From Spongospora subterranea f. sp. subterranea (Eukaryota): a stretch of 64,000 nucleotides of DNA. The stretch spans positions 124,001 through 188,000 of the forward strand of contig JAUGWO010000064.1 in the NCBI GenBank assembly GCA_049724395.1, written 5' to 3'. This document shows, piece by piece, positions 39,301 to 51,832 of the stretch (the first letter of the stretch is position 1; each line of letters starts with the position of its first letter). Both the position numbers and the translations under genes were made by a program. The notes below the pieces were generated by a model. The model saw only the letters and a program-made list of their open reading frames with translations, made no database searches and was not told the origin of the DNA.

Positions 39301-42300
39301 CCGGCGCCAAGGTCATGGACCTGGTCCTGTTCGAGGACGCCGTTGGCCATCTGATGAGGATCTCGCGGATCATCGGAATGCCCAGGGGGAGCGCGCTCCT
39401 GGTTGGGGTCGGCGGCAGCGGACGACAGAGCCTGACCAAGCTGGCCGCGTTCATCGCCCGCCACAGGATATTCCAGATCGAACTGACCCGCTCGTACAAG
39501 ACCGACAACCTCAAGGACGACCTGAAGCTGTTGTCGGAGGTGACGGGCAAGGACGGGACCAAGGTCACGTTCCTGTTCACCGACTCCGATATCATCCACG
39601 AGGACTTTCTCGAGTACATCAACGCCATCCTGGCGACCGGCGAGATCTCGGGCCTGTTCCCCAAGGACGAACGCGACATGATGTGCGCCGAGCTGCGCGG
39701 CGTCGCCAAGAAACAGATTCGCAACTTCGAGGACACGCCCGCCAATCTCTACAAGTTCTTCATCGACCGGATCCGCGACAACCTCCACGTCGTCCTGTGT
39801 TTCTCGCCGGCCAGCGATAAGTTCGCCGAGCGGGCGCGCCGCTTCCCGGCCCTGATCTCGGGCTGCACGATCGACTGGTTCCTGCGTTGGCCGCAGGAGG
39901 CGCTGGTGTCGGTGTCGGAGAAGTTCCTGAAGGACCCGTCGTTCGAGATCAATTGCAGCCCGGAGGTGGGCGAGGCGCTCCCCTTCCATATCGGCAACGT
40001 CCACAATATCGTCGTCGAGGCGTGCAGTGAATACTTCCGCAAATACCGCCGCCACGTCTATGTCACCCCGAAATCGTATCTGTCGTTCATCAAGTCGTTC
40101 ATGGCGCTGTACTCGATGAAACTCGCCGAGATCTGCGATAAGGAGCGGCGCGTGGGGACGGGGCTGAAGAAGCTGGTGGAGGCGGCCGAGGACGTGGAGA
40201 AGATGAAGGTCGTGTTGGCGAAGCAGAAGGTGGACCTGGCCGAGGCCGAGAAGAACACGACGGCGATGCTGGCGAAGCTGGAGATCGGGGCGAAGGAGGC
40301 GAACGACAAGAAGCAGAAGGCGGCCGTGATCGAGACGTCCTGTCTGAACACGGCGGCGACGATCGAGCAGGAGCGGGCCGTGGCCAACGTCGAGCTGCAG
40401 GCGGCGCTACCGTTCCTGAGGGACGCCGAGGAGGCGGCCAAGTCGATCAACAAACAGGATATCAGCTTCATCACGAAACTGGGATCGCCGCCCGACCTGA
40501 TCAAACGGATCATGGACGGGGTCCTGATCCTGCTCATGGGCGGTCTCGATCCGGTGAAGCCGTTCGAGATCAAGACGGGGAAGGTGATGACGCCGTTCAT
40601 CGCCCCGTCCTACGACTCGTTCGCCAAGAAGCTGATGGCCAACACGAACTTCCTGCCCAGTCTCGAGGGGTTCTCGGCGCTGCAGAAGGACAATATCAAC
40701 GAGGAGACGATGGAGCTGCTGGAGCCGTATCTGGCCGTCGAGGACTTCTCGCCCGAGAACGCCAAGAAGGTGTCGGGCGCGGCCGAAGGTCTGTGCCGCT
40801 GGGTCAAGGCCATGTTCTCGTACCACAACGCGTCCCTGATCGTGGCGCCCAAGCTCGAGCAGCTGAAGGTGAAGGAGGCCGAGCTGAGCGAGGCGAACGC
40901 CAAGCTGCGCAAGGCGATGGAGTCGTCGGCGTCGGCCCAGGCCGAGGTCGACGAGCTGCAGGCCGACTTCAGCAAGACCATGGCCGAGAAGGCCAAGATC
41001 GAGCAGACGGCGGTCGCCACGAAGAACAAGATGACGGCGGCGAACAGCCTGATCAACGGGCTGTCGGGCGAACGCACGCGATGGACCGAGGATTCGCAGC
41101 GGTTCGCCGAGGTCAAGAAGCGCCTGGTCGGCGATTGTGCCCTGGCCTGCGCTTTCGTCTCGTACTGCGGCCCGTTCAACAACGAGTTCCGCAAACGCCT
41201 CAACGCCGAGTATTTCTACAAGGACTGCTCGGAGCGGTCGATCCCGGTCACCCGCAACCTCGAGGTGTCCAAGTTCCTGGTGTCGGACGCCACCGTCGCC
41301 GAGTGGAACTCGCAGGGACTGCCCAAGGACGATCTGTCGGTGCAGAACGGGATCCTGGTGACGCAAGCGAGTCGCTGGCCGCTGCTGGTCGACCCGCAAG
41401 GACAGGCGATGGCCTGGCTGAGGCGGCGCGAGGCGCCCAAACTGCCCCCGAAAGGGACCACGACCTTGTCGGACGCGAAACTTCGCGACATTCTCGAGTT
41501 CTGTATGGGCGAAGGGAAGTCGTTGGTGATCGAGGGCGTCGAGGAGGAGCTCGATCCGATGCTCGACCCGATCCTGGAGAAGAACCTGATCAAGAAGGGC
41601 CGATCGTATTTCATCAAACTGGGCGACAAGAACGTGTCGTTCTCGACCGAGTTCCGATTGTATTTCATCACGAAGCTGTCGAACCCGCATTTCTCGCCGG
41701 AACTGTCGGCCAAGACGACCGTGATCGACTTCGCGGTGACGCAATCCGGTCTGGAAGATCAGCTGCTGTCGCGCGTCATCAACGAGGAGCAGCGATCGCT
41801 GGAGGAGCAGCGCCAGAAACTGGTCGAGGAGGTGAACATGAACACGATCAGCCTCCTGAACCTGGACAAGCTGCTGCTGGAGCGGCTGACCAACAGCGAA
41901 GGGAACCTGCTGGACGACACCAGCCTGATCGAGGTCCTGGCCGACACCAAGACCAAGGCCCAGGAGGTCAAGGAGAAGATCGCCAGCTCGGTCGACACCG
42001 AGAAGATGATCAACAAGAAGCGCGAGCAGTACCGGCCCGTCGCCACGCGCGGCTCGGTCGTCTACTTCGTGATCGTGGACATGTCGACCGTCAACCCGAT
42101 GTACCAGACGTCGCTGTCCCAGTTCCTGATCTGGTTCGACTACTCGATCCAGGAGTCGCCCAAGGCCAATCTCGCCGCCAAACGTGTCGAGAACATCATC
42201 GATTTCCTGACCTACCACGTCTACGAGAACATCAATCGTGGGCTGTTCGTCGTCGACAAGCTCGTGTTCAAGGTCGGTTGTCGTTGATTGGAAGTTCGGG

Positions 42301-45033
42301 GGCATTTGTGTCTGTTTGTTGCTGATCGAGCGTCTTTCGCAGTTGATGGTGACGTTGAAGATATTGATCACGGCGGGGACGTTGGACAACGCCCAGGTGT
42401 CGTATTTCCTGAAAGGGACCGCCCAGGCCAAGTCGCCGTCGAAAAAGCCCAACGAATGGCTCCAGAATCAGACCTGGGTCAACCTGTGCTCGTTGGCCGA
42501 GAACGTCGAGTTCTTCACCGACCTGACGTCGTCGATCCAGGCCGACGACCGCGCGTGGAAAGCGCTGTACGATCAGGAGGCGCCCGAAGGCGCCCTGATC
42601 CCTCATTACGAAGAACGGTAAAAACACACAGATTTCGCCCCGAATTGCGCCATCTGGTTTCGTTGACATCTGTTCCACCAAGGCTCGTCAGCAATAAGAT
42701 CGGCCCGTTCCTGCGAATGATGCTGATCCGAGCGTTCCGCGACGATCGAACGACGTTGGCCGCCAACATCTTCATTCGCGACGTGATGGGCGAACGGGTA
42801 TGCGGTTCCCGTGACGCAAACGTTCGAGGATATCTGGGGCGTCAGCGACAACCAGCAGCCCGTGATCCTGATGCTGACGCCCGGGGCCGATCCGACCGGC
42901 GCCCTCGAGGACTTGGCCAAGCGCAAGCAGGTCCCCGTGTTCTCGGTGTCGATGGGCGAGGGCCAGGAACCGCACGCCCGCAAGTGCATCGTCGACGGGA
43001 TGCAGCAAGGCGGGTGGGCGCTGCTGCAGAACTGTCACCTGGGGCTGGGGTTCATGGGCCAGCTGGTCGCCCAGCTCAAGAAGTTCCAGGAGGAGTTCGA
43101 GGTGTCGCCCAAGTTCCGCCTGTGGATCACGTGCGAGCCGCATCGCGATTTCCCGATCTCGCTGCTGCAGATGAGCATCAAGGTGACGAACGAGCCGCCC
43201 CAGGGCATGAAGGCGGGCCTGCTCCGCTCCTACACGACCGTCATCGACGGCGATCGCCTCGACCGCATCGACTCGTCCAAGTGGCGCGATCTCGTCTTCT
43301 CGATCTGCTTCCTGCACTCGTCGGTCCAGGAGCGGCGGAAGTTCGGGCCCGTCGGCTGGAACATCCCGTACGAGTTCAACCAGTCGGACCTGGAGGCGTC
43401 GCTGACGTTCGTCGAGAAGCACATGTTCGGGCAGAGCACGATCGACTGGATCACGGTGCGGTACATGGTCTGCGAGGTCCAGTACGGCGGGCGCATCACC
43501 GACAACTTCGACCGGATCCTGTTCAACTCGTACGGGAACGAGTGGCTCTCCCCCGACTGCTTCAGCGATGGGTTCTCGTTCGCCAATCCAGGTCGGGGTC
43601 GTTCGTGGTGGTTATTTCGGGGACGGAAATCGGAACTGAACGACAACAATCTCTCTGTGTTCGTGTGTGTTTTCAGGTCATTTCGTGTACAAGATTCCGC
43701 GGGTGGAAGGCGCCGAAAACATGGTCAAATCGATTCGCGAATACGTCGATACGTTCCCGCAAGCGGATACGCCCGAGATCTTCGGTCTGCACAGCAACGC
43801 CGATCTCACGTTCGGGACCAAACAGGGCGTTCACGTCATGAGCACGATCCAGGAAACGCAGCCGAAGCTGACGTCGGGCAGCGGGGCCGGCAAGAGCCGG
43901 GACGAGATCGTGAAGGAGAAGGCCGAGGAGCTGCTGAAGATGATGCCCGAGAACTACAAGGACGACGAGGTTCGACGTACGATCACAAAACGGCCGCAGA
44001 AGGAGCTGGAGCAGGTGCTGGGCGCCAAGACCCTGCGAAGCCTGGGCGGGGCCGCCATCAACGGGTTCACGATCCCGTTGAACGTGACCCTGTACCAGGA
44101 GATCCAGCGCCTTCAGGCCACAATTACACGGGTCAGGCAGACGCTGATCGACGTCCAGCTGGCGATCAATGGTGAGATCATCTTGACCCCGAATCTCCAA
44201 GCTGCGTTGGACGCGATATTCGATGAGAAACCCCCGATGGTGAGTTGATCGGGTTCGATCAACGGTCGTTGATTGGCGGTTTTTTGTTGTTTGTCAGTTC
44301 TGGTATAAGGCGCCAAGTGGGGAGCAAATTGCCTGGGTGGTGCCGACGCTGGCGTCGTGGTTTACTGGCCTGCTGGAGCGAGAGAAACAGCTGACGTCGT
44401 GGCTGAGGAAAGGGCGACCGAACTCGTTCTGGCTCACTGGGTTCTTCAAAATCCTCAGGGATTCCTGACCGCCATGCGACAAGAGGTAGGGCGAGCTCGC
44501 GATGGCTCACAGCCCCGCCCCAACGCTCGTCGCTGATATTGGCTGGTGGGGGAAATGTCAGGTCACCAGACGGCACAAGGATGAGAAATGGGCGTTGGAC
44601 GACGTCACGTTCCAGACCGAGGTCACCGATATCGAGAACTTCAATCGCGTCAAAGCCCCGCCCGATGAAGGTGTCTACATTCATGGGCTTTACATTGACG
44701 GTGCAGCTTGGGATGCGAAGAATAAGGTACTGTGGCGCCAGAAATCGCAATCGGCCGGGTTTAACCGACGCGCTGACGACAAATCGAATATAGGTTCTGA
44801 CAGAATCGAAACCGAAAGAAGTGATTGGGGTTTTGCCAGTTCTATATGTGACAGCGGTGACGACCGAGAAGAGTCGAGCTACTCTGAAGCCGGGTTCATG
44901 TTTTAATTGCCCGTGCTATACGGTGCCGAAACGGACCGACCAGAACTTCGTGTTCGTGGTCAACCTGAAGACCAATCGGGATCCCAACCACTGGACGCTG
45001 AGGGGAGTGGCGTTGCTGTGCAGTAAGGAATAA
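30362..45033 (+). CDS. axonemal dynein heavy chain, outer-arm gamma type (DNAH5/8, ODA2-like), ~13 short introns
   Basis: P1 [14 protein letters not shown]...[13 protein letters not shown]...[13 protein letters not shown]2 GPAGGGKT, P3 GGSGTAKT, P4 GVGGSGRQS, stalk coiled coils, [27 protein letters not shown] and C-terminal [11 protein letters not shown]. Four apparent indels (~35101, 35656, 42796, 44448). Confidence 0.96.
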
Positions 45034-45664
45034 ACCACCAACGAACTCTCCACAACCATCATCGAGGAAACTGAGTGAAATCAGTCGCGTGTTTGACGAG
45101 GCTGCGCAGGAATCCAATGAAGTTATTTTCGAACCGTTTATTGTTCTAACGCGTTTCAATTTGCGAATGTGCTTGACATTCCTTGTATCTCGCATCTGAT
45201 GTGATTTCACGCCATCGTGCGGCGTTGCGAGAGGGTTTGTTGTGTGTTTAGCCTGATCGGCCCTGGGCCAGAATCAAATTTCACCTCGGTTTTCCGATGA
45301 GCGGATTTACGACCAGCGCACACAACAGTTCCAGCGGTCTGAGAGAATAGCGTTCATTAATAGTTCAAGATCAATGGTGAACTTCTATCAAAATTTGAGG
45401 GTTATTGGCCAGGGCCAACGACATGGCGATAACGATTCCAACATTGACTTTGTTTTACGGTATTTTTATGTTTCATTGACTGTGGACCAATATTTGCGCG
45501 CCAATTTTGGGTCGATTTTGCGTTGCAGTCTCTGTGTTCAATTGGCCGGTCATTGGTTGACGGTTGTGCTGTCAACAAAGGAACGGCAGGCTCTGGTTGA
45601 AGGCGCTGATTGTCTGGGTGTCGGGGGCAGGCTCAATTGCAGACACGACGCGCACGGTTCGGGA

Positions 45665-46496
45665 ATGTCCAGGGAAGATGTCGCCGGCTGGAAAGTTAAG
45701 GACCTGCGCGACTGGCTCGACGAACATGCCGTGCGGTATTCGAAAGCGGCCAAGAAGTCGGAGCTGATCGACCTGGTGAACGAGTATAAGGAGATGGTGG
45801 ACGCCGGGATGTCGTTGAAGCCGCAGCCGGCGAAAATGACGGTGAGCGATTCGCACAGCATGGATTTACCGATAATTTTATGATTGTGTTGATTTTAGGT
45901 CGATGGCCTTATTGAGTGGTTGACAGAACATAATGTCGAATTGCCCGCTACCCGACAGAAAAAATCCTTTTACGTTGAGCAGTTCGAAGTCAGAGCTAGT
46001 ACGATTGAGATTTCGGCGTCAGCTCTTTCTCCAGCGAAACAACAGAAAACAATCAGTACGGCTCCGTCTACCGCACCCCGTCCTTCAAGGCCATCTCAAC
46101 GAAAGGTTCTGTGAATTATTTGTATTTTTTTGCTTTTGAATGTCGACACTCACACGTGAGGCATTGCAGACACCATCCAAAGGGACGTCCAGGAGTCTCA
46201 GTCCGACGCGACGCCGATCAGCGCGTCGTAAGCTCTTAGACATGCCCGGGCCAATGAGTGATGTCTGTCCGACCATCACCTTGTGTTTCTCTTGACCTGA
46301 CTTCCCATTTCAGGAAGACGAATCGGAAAGTTTAGACAAAGAAGAACGGCATTCTGACGTTGCCGTTGCGAATACGACGACCCCCAGCGCTTCTCCAAGC
46401 ACTTTTCGCGTGTTTTTTATTCTGAGTTTCGTATTTGTCATATTGAGTGCTTATATCGGATGGCTCGGGAAATCCTTGATATTCCGCAATCAGTGA
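45665..46496 (+). CDS. HeH/LEM-like domain protein with C-terminal TM anchor (candidate inner nuclear membrane protein)
   Basis: Two helix-extension-helix-like repeats (WKVKDLRDWLDEHAVRYSKAAKKSELIDLV; MTVDGLIEWLTEHNVELPATRQKKSFYVEQF), S/R/P-rich linker and last exon FRVFFILSFVFVILSAYIGWLG...TGA 46496. Confidence 0.7.
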
Positions 46497-46549
46497 TGGC
46501 GAAATACGCGCTCAAATAAAAAAAGACCATTCAAAATCTTAATAATTAT

Positions 46550-48700
46550 TTATACTGTTTCTTCCACTATGGAAGGGGGTATGAACCGAAACGTCCTGGA
46601 ATCGGACGCGAGCGCGATCAAATGGGCTGAAGAAGCCAAAACGTGAATCTTGGAGACTTCGCCCCTCATAAACAGATATTAATGAAAGGGCTGCTCTAAT
46701 CACAACAGCTCCCCTATGGTTGAAATCAAAAACGCTGATTCAAATTGAACATTGGAAGAACGACACACTCTATGGGAAATGCGATTATAACTGTGAATGT
46801 TTCCGGCAAGAATTGAAGAACATCAACTGGATATTGGCACGAGCCAACAATGCCGATGAGTTGCTTGATGGCCGATTGTACGAGATGCTTGCACTGATCT
46901 AATGTCATCTCCGTCATCTCCTGTTGATCCTGCCAGCGCCTACAGATTTCGCAATTAGCTGTTTCTGAACTGGCAACTGATTCCCCAGGACGGACAGTTG
47001 AAATCGGATGAAGTAGCAATTGGGACGAATCGTCTGCCGAATCTGTGCTCTCGATTTCATTTTTGATGAAGTTCAGCGCGAAATGGTCGAGGAGCCCAGG
47101 GCAAATGGGCAATAATAACTGTGTCACGAAATCAACTACACAGACTGGCGCCATCCCTACTGTTACGCAATGTTCGTTGCGCAATACATGGCGCCACGGC
47201 AGTAGACGTTGATGTCGAGAAAGAAGCGCCAAGACGCTGCGGTCTGGCAGTCTGGCGTGAGAAAAAGAAATCACTCTCCCTTAGGCATTGACACTTAATA
47301 TCGCCCCCTGGTCACCACTCGCTTCTTGCATTCCTGACTGGAACACAAACACGGCGTCGGGTAAACCAAAAATACTTTCACGAGGGGTGAAAACTGCATC
47401 AAGGCTCGTGGGAGCTGTGTTCCTTAATGACGCACGAAGCAGTTTTCACCCCTCGTAGAATTATCCAAGGCTTAGCCGACGCCGGGGCTGCGTCCAGTCA
47501 GGAATGCAAGAGACACTGGGCGAACCCATCGTAAATCATTTGCTCTTGGAGTTTTTGTAATGTTTTTACGGTTTCGCTGAACGCAACAGTTTGATTGCTC
47601 CTTCAAGCTCGTTACATGAGCAAAGCATCTGCAGAAAACACCTCGCTTTGGAGATGGCGTGTTTGGGTTAGAGTACACCTCGCTTTTGAGTGCGATGATC
47701 AATTTCGCGAGTTTTTTTGGATTCCGTTCCAGAGGTGAAATTTGCCAACCAGACAAAACACACGCGTCGAAATCTGAGGCATTTCTGAAAAACCAAGTAA
47801 TCATTCGTTCGCAGGTGGCGATCGAGTTGGTGGCGTATGGCGAAAGTTTTCTAACATCCAGGACACGTGTTCAAATGACCCTAGAGCTTCTATGAGATTC
47901 AACGAAAGGTAATGCACCTTATGTGTCCTCGTTGGGTTCGGATATGGTCGCGATATCTTCTGCAGCCGGCAGCCCTATCACTCTTCATGTCTCAGGGCGT
48001 GTGAGATTGACCAGCTGCGTTTTGGCTTTCACATCTTCTGATAAACTTGCGATCAGGCTCGGCAAAACAGTTGATCACACAAAAGTTCAACAATGACTAC
48101 GAAACGTTGGCAAATCAACCTGATTCTACACGGTATGTCAGCGCCGGATTTCTGTGCTCACGAGGTGCCGCCGGTTCATGAAGTTAGGTGGACCCAGCCC
48201 AGAGTATATGTTCCCTTTTTATGAATGCCCAGCTTTTATACATTCGATGAGTAGCCGTTTTCCTGGTTTATGAAGTCGGTGCTTGCTGGCGTGTGACGCA
48301 TCTCGACGTGCTTGAGGTCGTGTTGTTGAGGATGTCGCCCCGAGAGGTTTTCGTGCTGACTTCTGGCTATGTTTTCGAGCACAATTACTAGCATCAAAGC
48401 GAGTTCTCGCTATGAATTGCCGGATAATTTCAGATATCCACCCCTTCTGTACGGTTGCTTCCACAGATGGATATCGTGCTGTGAAAACCAAGCTCTATGG
48501 AGTCCAACAGGATGTGAACGTCTGTTGTCCTGATTGGCCGTCCTTCGCGATACATCTGGCAACTTTTAGGTCCTATTAAGAGTTTGACCTTTCTCACCGC
48601 CTGCGCCGCCTTGGTACTGATTTCTTGCATCAAGAAATCCACATCACAAACCTCGTGACTAACATATTTTGTTTTGAAGGCCGGGCTTATCGAACATGAC
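46550..48700 (-). CDS. hypothetical multi-exon protein
   Basis: Series of collinear minus-strand ORFs (48430-48642, 48219-48491, 47472-47804, 46726-47274) with plausible splice sites. No domain recognised; boundaries approximate. Confidence 0.35.
47380..47456. mobile_element. miniature inverted-repeat element, Tc1/mariner-like ends
   Basis: Perfect 18-bp IR ACGAGGGGTGAAAACTGC (47380-47397 / 47439-47456); TA on the right flank, CA on the left. Confidence 0.65.
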
Positions 48701-49227
48701 TATTTTTGTTAAAAAACATCAAGGATTTCGCAATATATGTGAATCTGAAAAAACCTGATAGGTGTGGCAATCAGATATGGTTTTCAGGGCAGGATTCTTA
48801 ATCATATCGATAGCGAATATGAGTATGCCTCTTATGATGGGATCATGAATTTAGAGGATGCAGTCAATCTTGCCTTACTGGTGATGGCGGTTGAGCGAAT
48901 AAAATTTGAACCAAAAGATATTTTTTTCAAAGCAGCAGCAGTTGCAAACCAATGTTGTTGGCGAGACTCAATAACCGAACATTACCTTCAATCTGTGCTC
49001 GACACAAGGCCCTGGCATTGTCAGGGTAAATAAGTCGACTGAACTCAGTGTTTTGTTCCCATGGCGTTTTATATCGTGATACGAACCATCTATGGCAAGC
49101 AAGGCCGATAGCATGAATGACCTATCACAACAGCAGCCAGAATGTCTGTCAATTATTCTAGAGTGTTCCTGAATGGGCTTCATTGCCCGATATACCAGTC
49201 GTTCGAGCGAGTTTTCCCTGGCAGATC

Positions 49228-49581
49228 ATGTCGACGACTCCTGTGACAATCGGAGTCAAACCTTTCATGAAACCCAGTGAAATTTACCAAAAGGTGGGTT
49301 TGAAAGTCGCTCCAACTGCTACAATTTGTGCAACTACCACAGGCGAATCAGCAGAATATAAAAGATACAGTACCAAAAAAGCGTGTCAGCAATGTGCATT
49401 GGCCAAGCTAAGATGTTCAGAGAGGCGACCATGTCCACGATGTTTCAAGCACAATTGGGACTGTTACGACAGAAACCAATTCGAAAATTATGTAGATCCA
49501 ATCATCAGGGGCGCTGCTGAGATTCTAATTCTTTTACAATCAGATTGTTCCAGTTCATCGCAATCTCGCTGCTTCACCTGA
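49228..49581 (+). CDS. small Zn(II)2Cys6 binuclear-cluster protein
   Basis: KKACQQCALAKLRCSERRPCPRCFKHNWDC matches CX2CX6CX5CX2CX6C. An upstream exon is possible (CAG acceptor just before the ATG). Confidence 0.85.
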   Translation: MSTTPVTIGVKPFMKPSEIYQKVGLKVAPTATICATTTGESAEYKRYSTKKACQQCALAKLRCSERRPCPRCFKHNWDCYDRNQFENYVDPIIRGAAEILILLQSDCSSSSQSRCFT

Positions 49582-49863
49582 AAACCAGCATTCCAAGCCC
49601 ACATGTCAAAAAAATAAACTCTAATATTCTCTTGGTCAAGTAGCCCTCGACTGCTCCAGACATTACTTGCTTGTTGGAAGATTAGCCGAGATTTGTGAAG
49701 TAAGCGTCACTAGCCAAGAGGTGTGGGGTCGTGTTGTTGATTATGTTGAGAACCGAGACCCAGCCATTCCCAAACAGAATTATGCTGTGAGCTTAGCCCA
49801 GAGCATTTCTATCAGTACGATGTTGTAAACTGAACCCCAGACAATATTCTCTCAACAGGACTT

Positions 49864-51678
49864 GTCAACACCATCTCCCCCAACACCATTAATTCCGATT
49901 CCCTGTTATTCACTGCTCAGGTTCTCCCCCAACACCTCATCACACTCTCTCCCCCCTATTCCCTGTTATTCACTGCTCTATAGGATCTCAACACCATTAT
50001 CACTCCCCCTCTCTTTATTATTATGAGTCCCTCCCTGTTATTCACTCTCTCTCTCTTTCATTATTATGAGACTCTCTCCCCCATTCCCTGTTATTCACTG
50101 CTATACGGTCAACACCATCTCCCCCAACACCATTATCACTCCCCTCTATTCCCTGTATGAGACTCTCTCATTCCCTGTTATTCACTCTATACGGTCAACA
50201 CCATCTCCCCCAACACCATTATCACTCCCCCTCTCTTTATTATTATGAGACTCTCTCCCCCCTATTCCCTGTTATTCACTGCTCTATACGGTCAACACCA
50301 TCTCCCCCAACACCATTATCACTCCCCCTCTCTTTATTATTATGAGACTCTCTCCCCCTATTCCCTGTTATTCACTGCTCTATACGGTCAACACCATCTC
50401 CCCCAACACCATTATCACTCCCCCTCTCTTTATTATTATGAGACTCTCTCCCCCCTATTCCCTGTTATTCACTGCTCTATACGGTCAACACCATCTCCCC
50501 CAACACCATTATCACTCCCCTCTCTTTATTATTATGAGACTCTCTCCCCCTATTCCCTGTTATTCACTGCTCTATACGGTCAACACCATCTCCCCCAACA
50601 CCATTATCACTCCCCCTCTCTTTATTATTATGAGACTCTCTCCCCCTATTCCCTGTTACTATACGGTCAACACCATCTCCCCCAACACCATTATCACTCC
50701 CCCTCTCTTTATTATTATGAGACTCTCTCCCCCTATTCCCTGTTATTCACTGCTCTATACGGTCAACACCATCTCCCCCAACACCATTATCACTCCCCCT
50801 CTCTTTATTATTATGAGACTCTCTCCCCCTATTCCCTGTTATTCACTGCTCTATACGGTCAACACCATCTCCCCCAACACCATTATCACTCCCCCTCTCT
50901 TTATTATTATGAGACTCTCTCCCCTATTCCCTGTTATTCACTGTCAACACCATCTCCCCCAACACCATTATCATACGGTCTCCCTATTCCCTGTTAACAC
51001 CATACGGTCAACACCATCCCCAACACCATTATCACTCCCCCTCTCTTTATTATTATGAGACTCTCTCCCCCTATTCCCTGTTATTCACTGCTCTATACGG
51101 TCAACACCATCTCCCCCAACACCATTATCACTCCCCCTCTCTTTATTATTATGAGACTCTCTCCCCCCTATTCCCTGTTATTCACTGCTCTATACGGTCA
51201 ACACCATCTCCCCCAACACCATTATCACTCCCCCTCTCTTTATTATTATGAGACTCTCTCCCCCCTATTCCCTGTCAACACCATTATTCACTGCTCTATA
51301 CGGTCAACACCATCTCCCCCAACACCATTATCACTCCCCCTCTCTTTATTATTATGAGACTCTCTCCCCCCTATTCCCTGTTATTCACTGCTCTATACGG
51401 TCAACACCATCTCCCCCAACACCATTATCACTCCCCCTCTCTTTATTATTATGAGACTCTCTCCCCCTATTCCCTGCTCTATACGGTCAACACCATCTCC
51501 CCCAACACCATTATCACTCCCCCTCTCTTTATTATTATGAGACTCTCTCCCCCTATTCCCTGTTATTCACTGCTCTATACGGTCAACACCATCTCCCCCA
51601 ACACCATTATCACTCCCCCTCTCTTTATTATTATGAGACTCTCTCCCCTATTCCCTGTTATTCACTGCTCTATACGGT
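49864..51678. repeat. ~96-bp tandem satellite, roughly 17 near-complete copies plus degenerate 5' copies
   Basis: Unit TATTATGAGACTCTCTCCCCCTATTCCCTGTTATTCACTGCTCTATACGGTCAACACCATCTCCCCCAACACCATTATCACTCCCCCTCTCTTTAT; variation mostly in C-run length plus internal deletions. Confidence 0.97.
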
Positions 51679-51832
51679 ATAAATATTACATTACAGCTCA
51701 CCGTCTCTCTGTTCCTCTCTCGTTCTTCAAATCCTCTCGTCGTTCAATATCCAATATACGATGACTGGATTGATCAAACCGAACACTTGTAGATAATCTC
51801 ATCCCATCGTGTCATCTAATCGTCGGAACCAG

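Noticed and set aside
30587..44200. Long antisense and alternate-frame ORFs (up to ~900 aa) over the dynein gene
   Set aside because: Shadow ORFs expected from extreme GC3 bias; low-complexity R/G/A or L/V/D composition and no motifs.
35095..44451. Dynein pseudogene or programmed frameshifting
   Set aside because: Motifs and codon bias are intact on both sides of each break, there is no shared slippery motif, and the same error type occurs in unrelated genes.
49864..51678. CRISPR array, or a repeat protein (LYGQHHLPQHHYHSPS...)
   Set aside because: No unique spacers and no cas genes in a eukaryotic context. ORFs switch frame with C-run length and arise only because the unit lacks stop codons.
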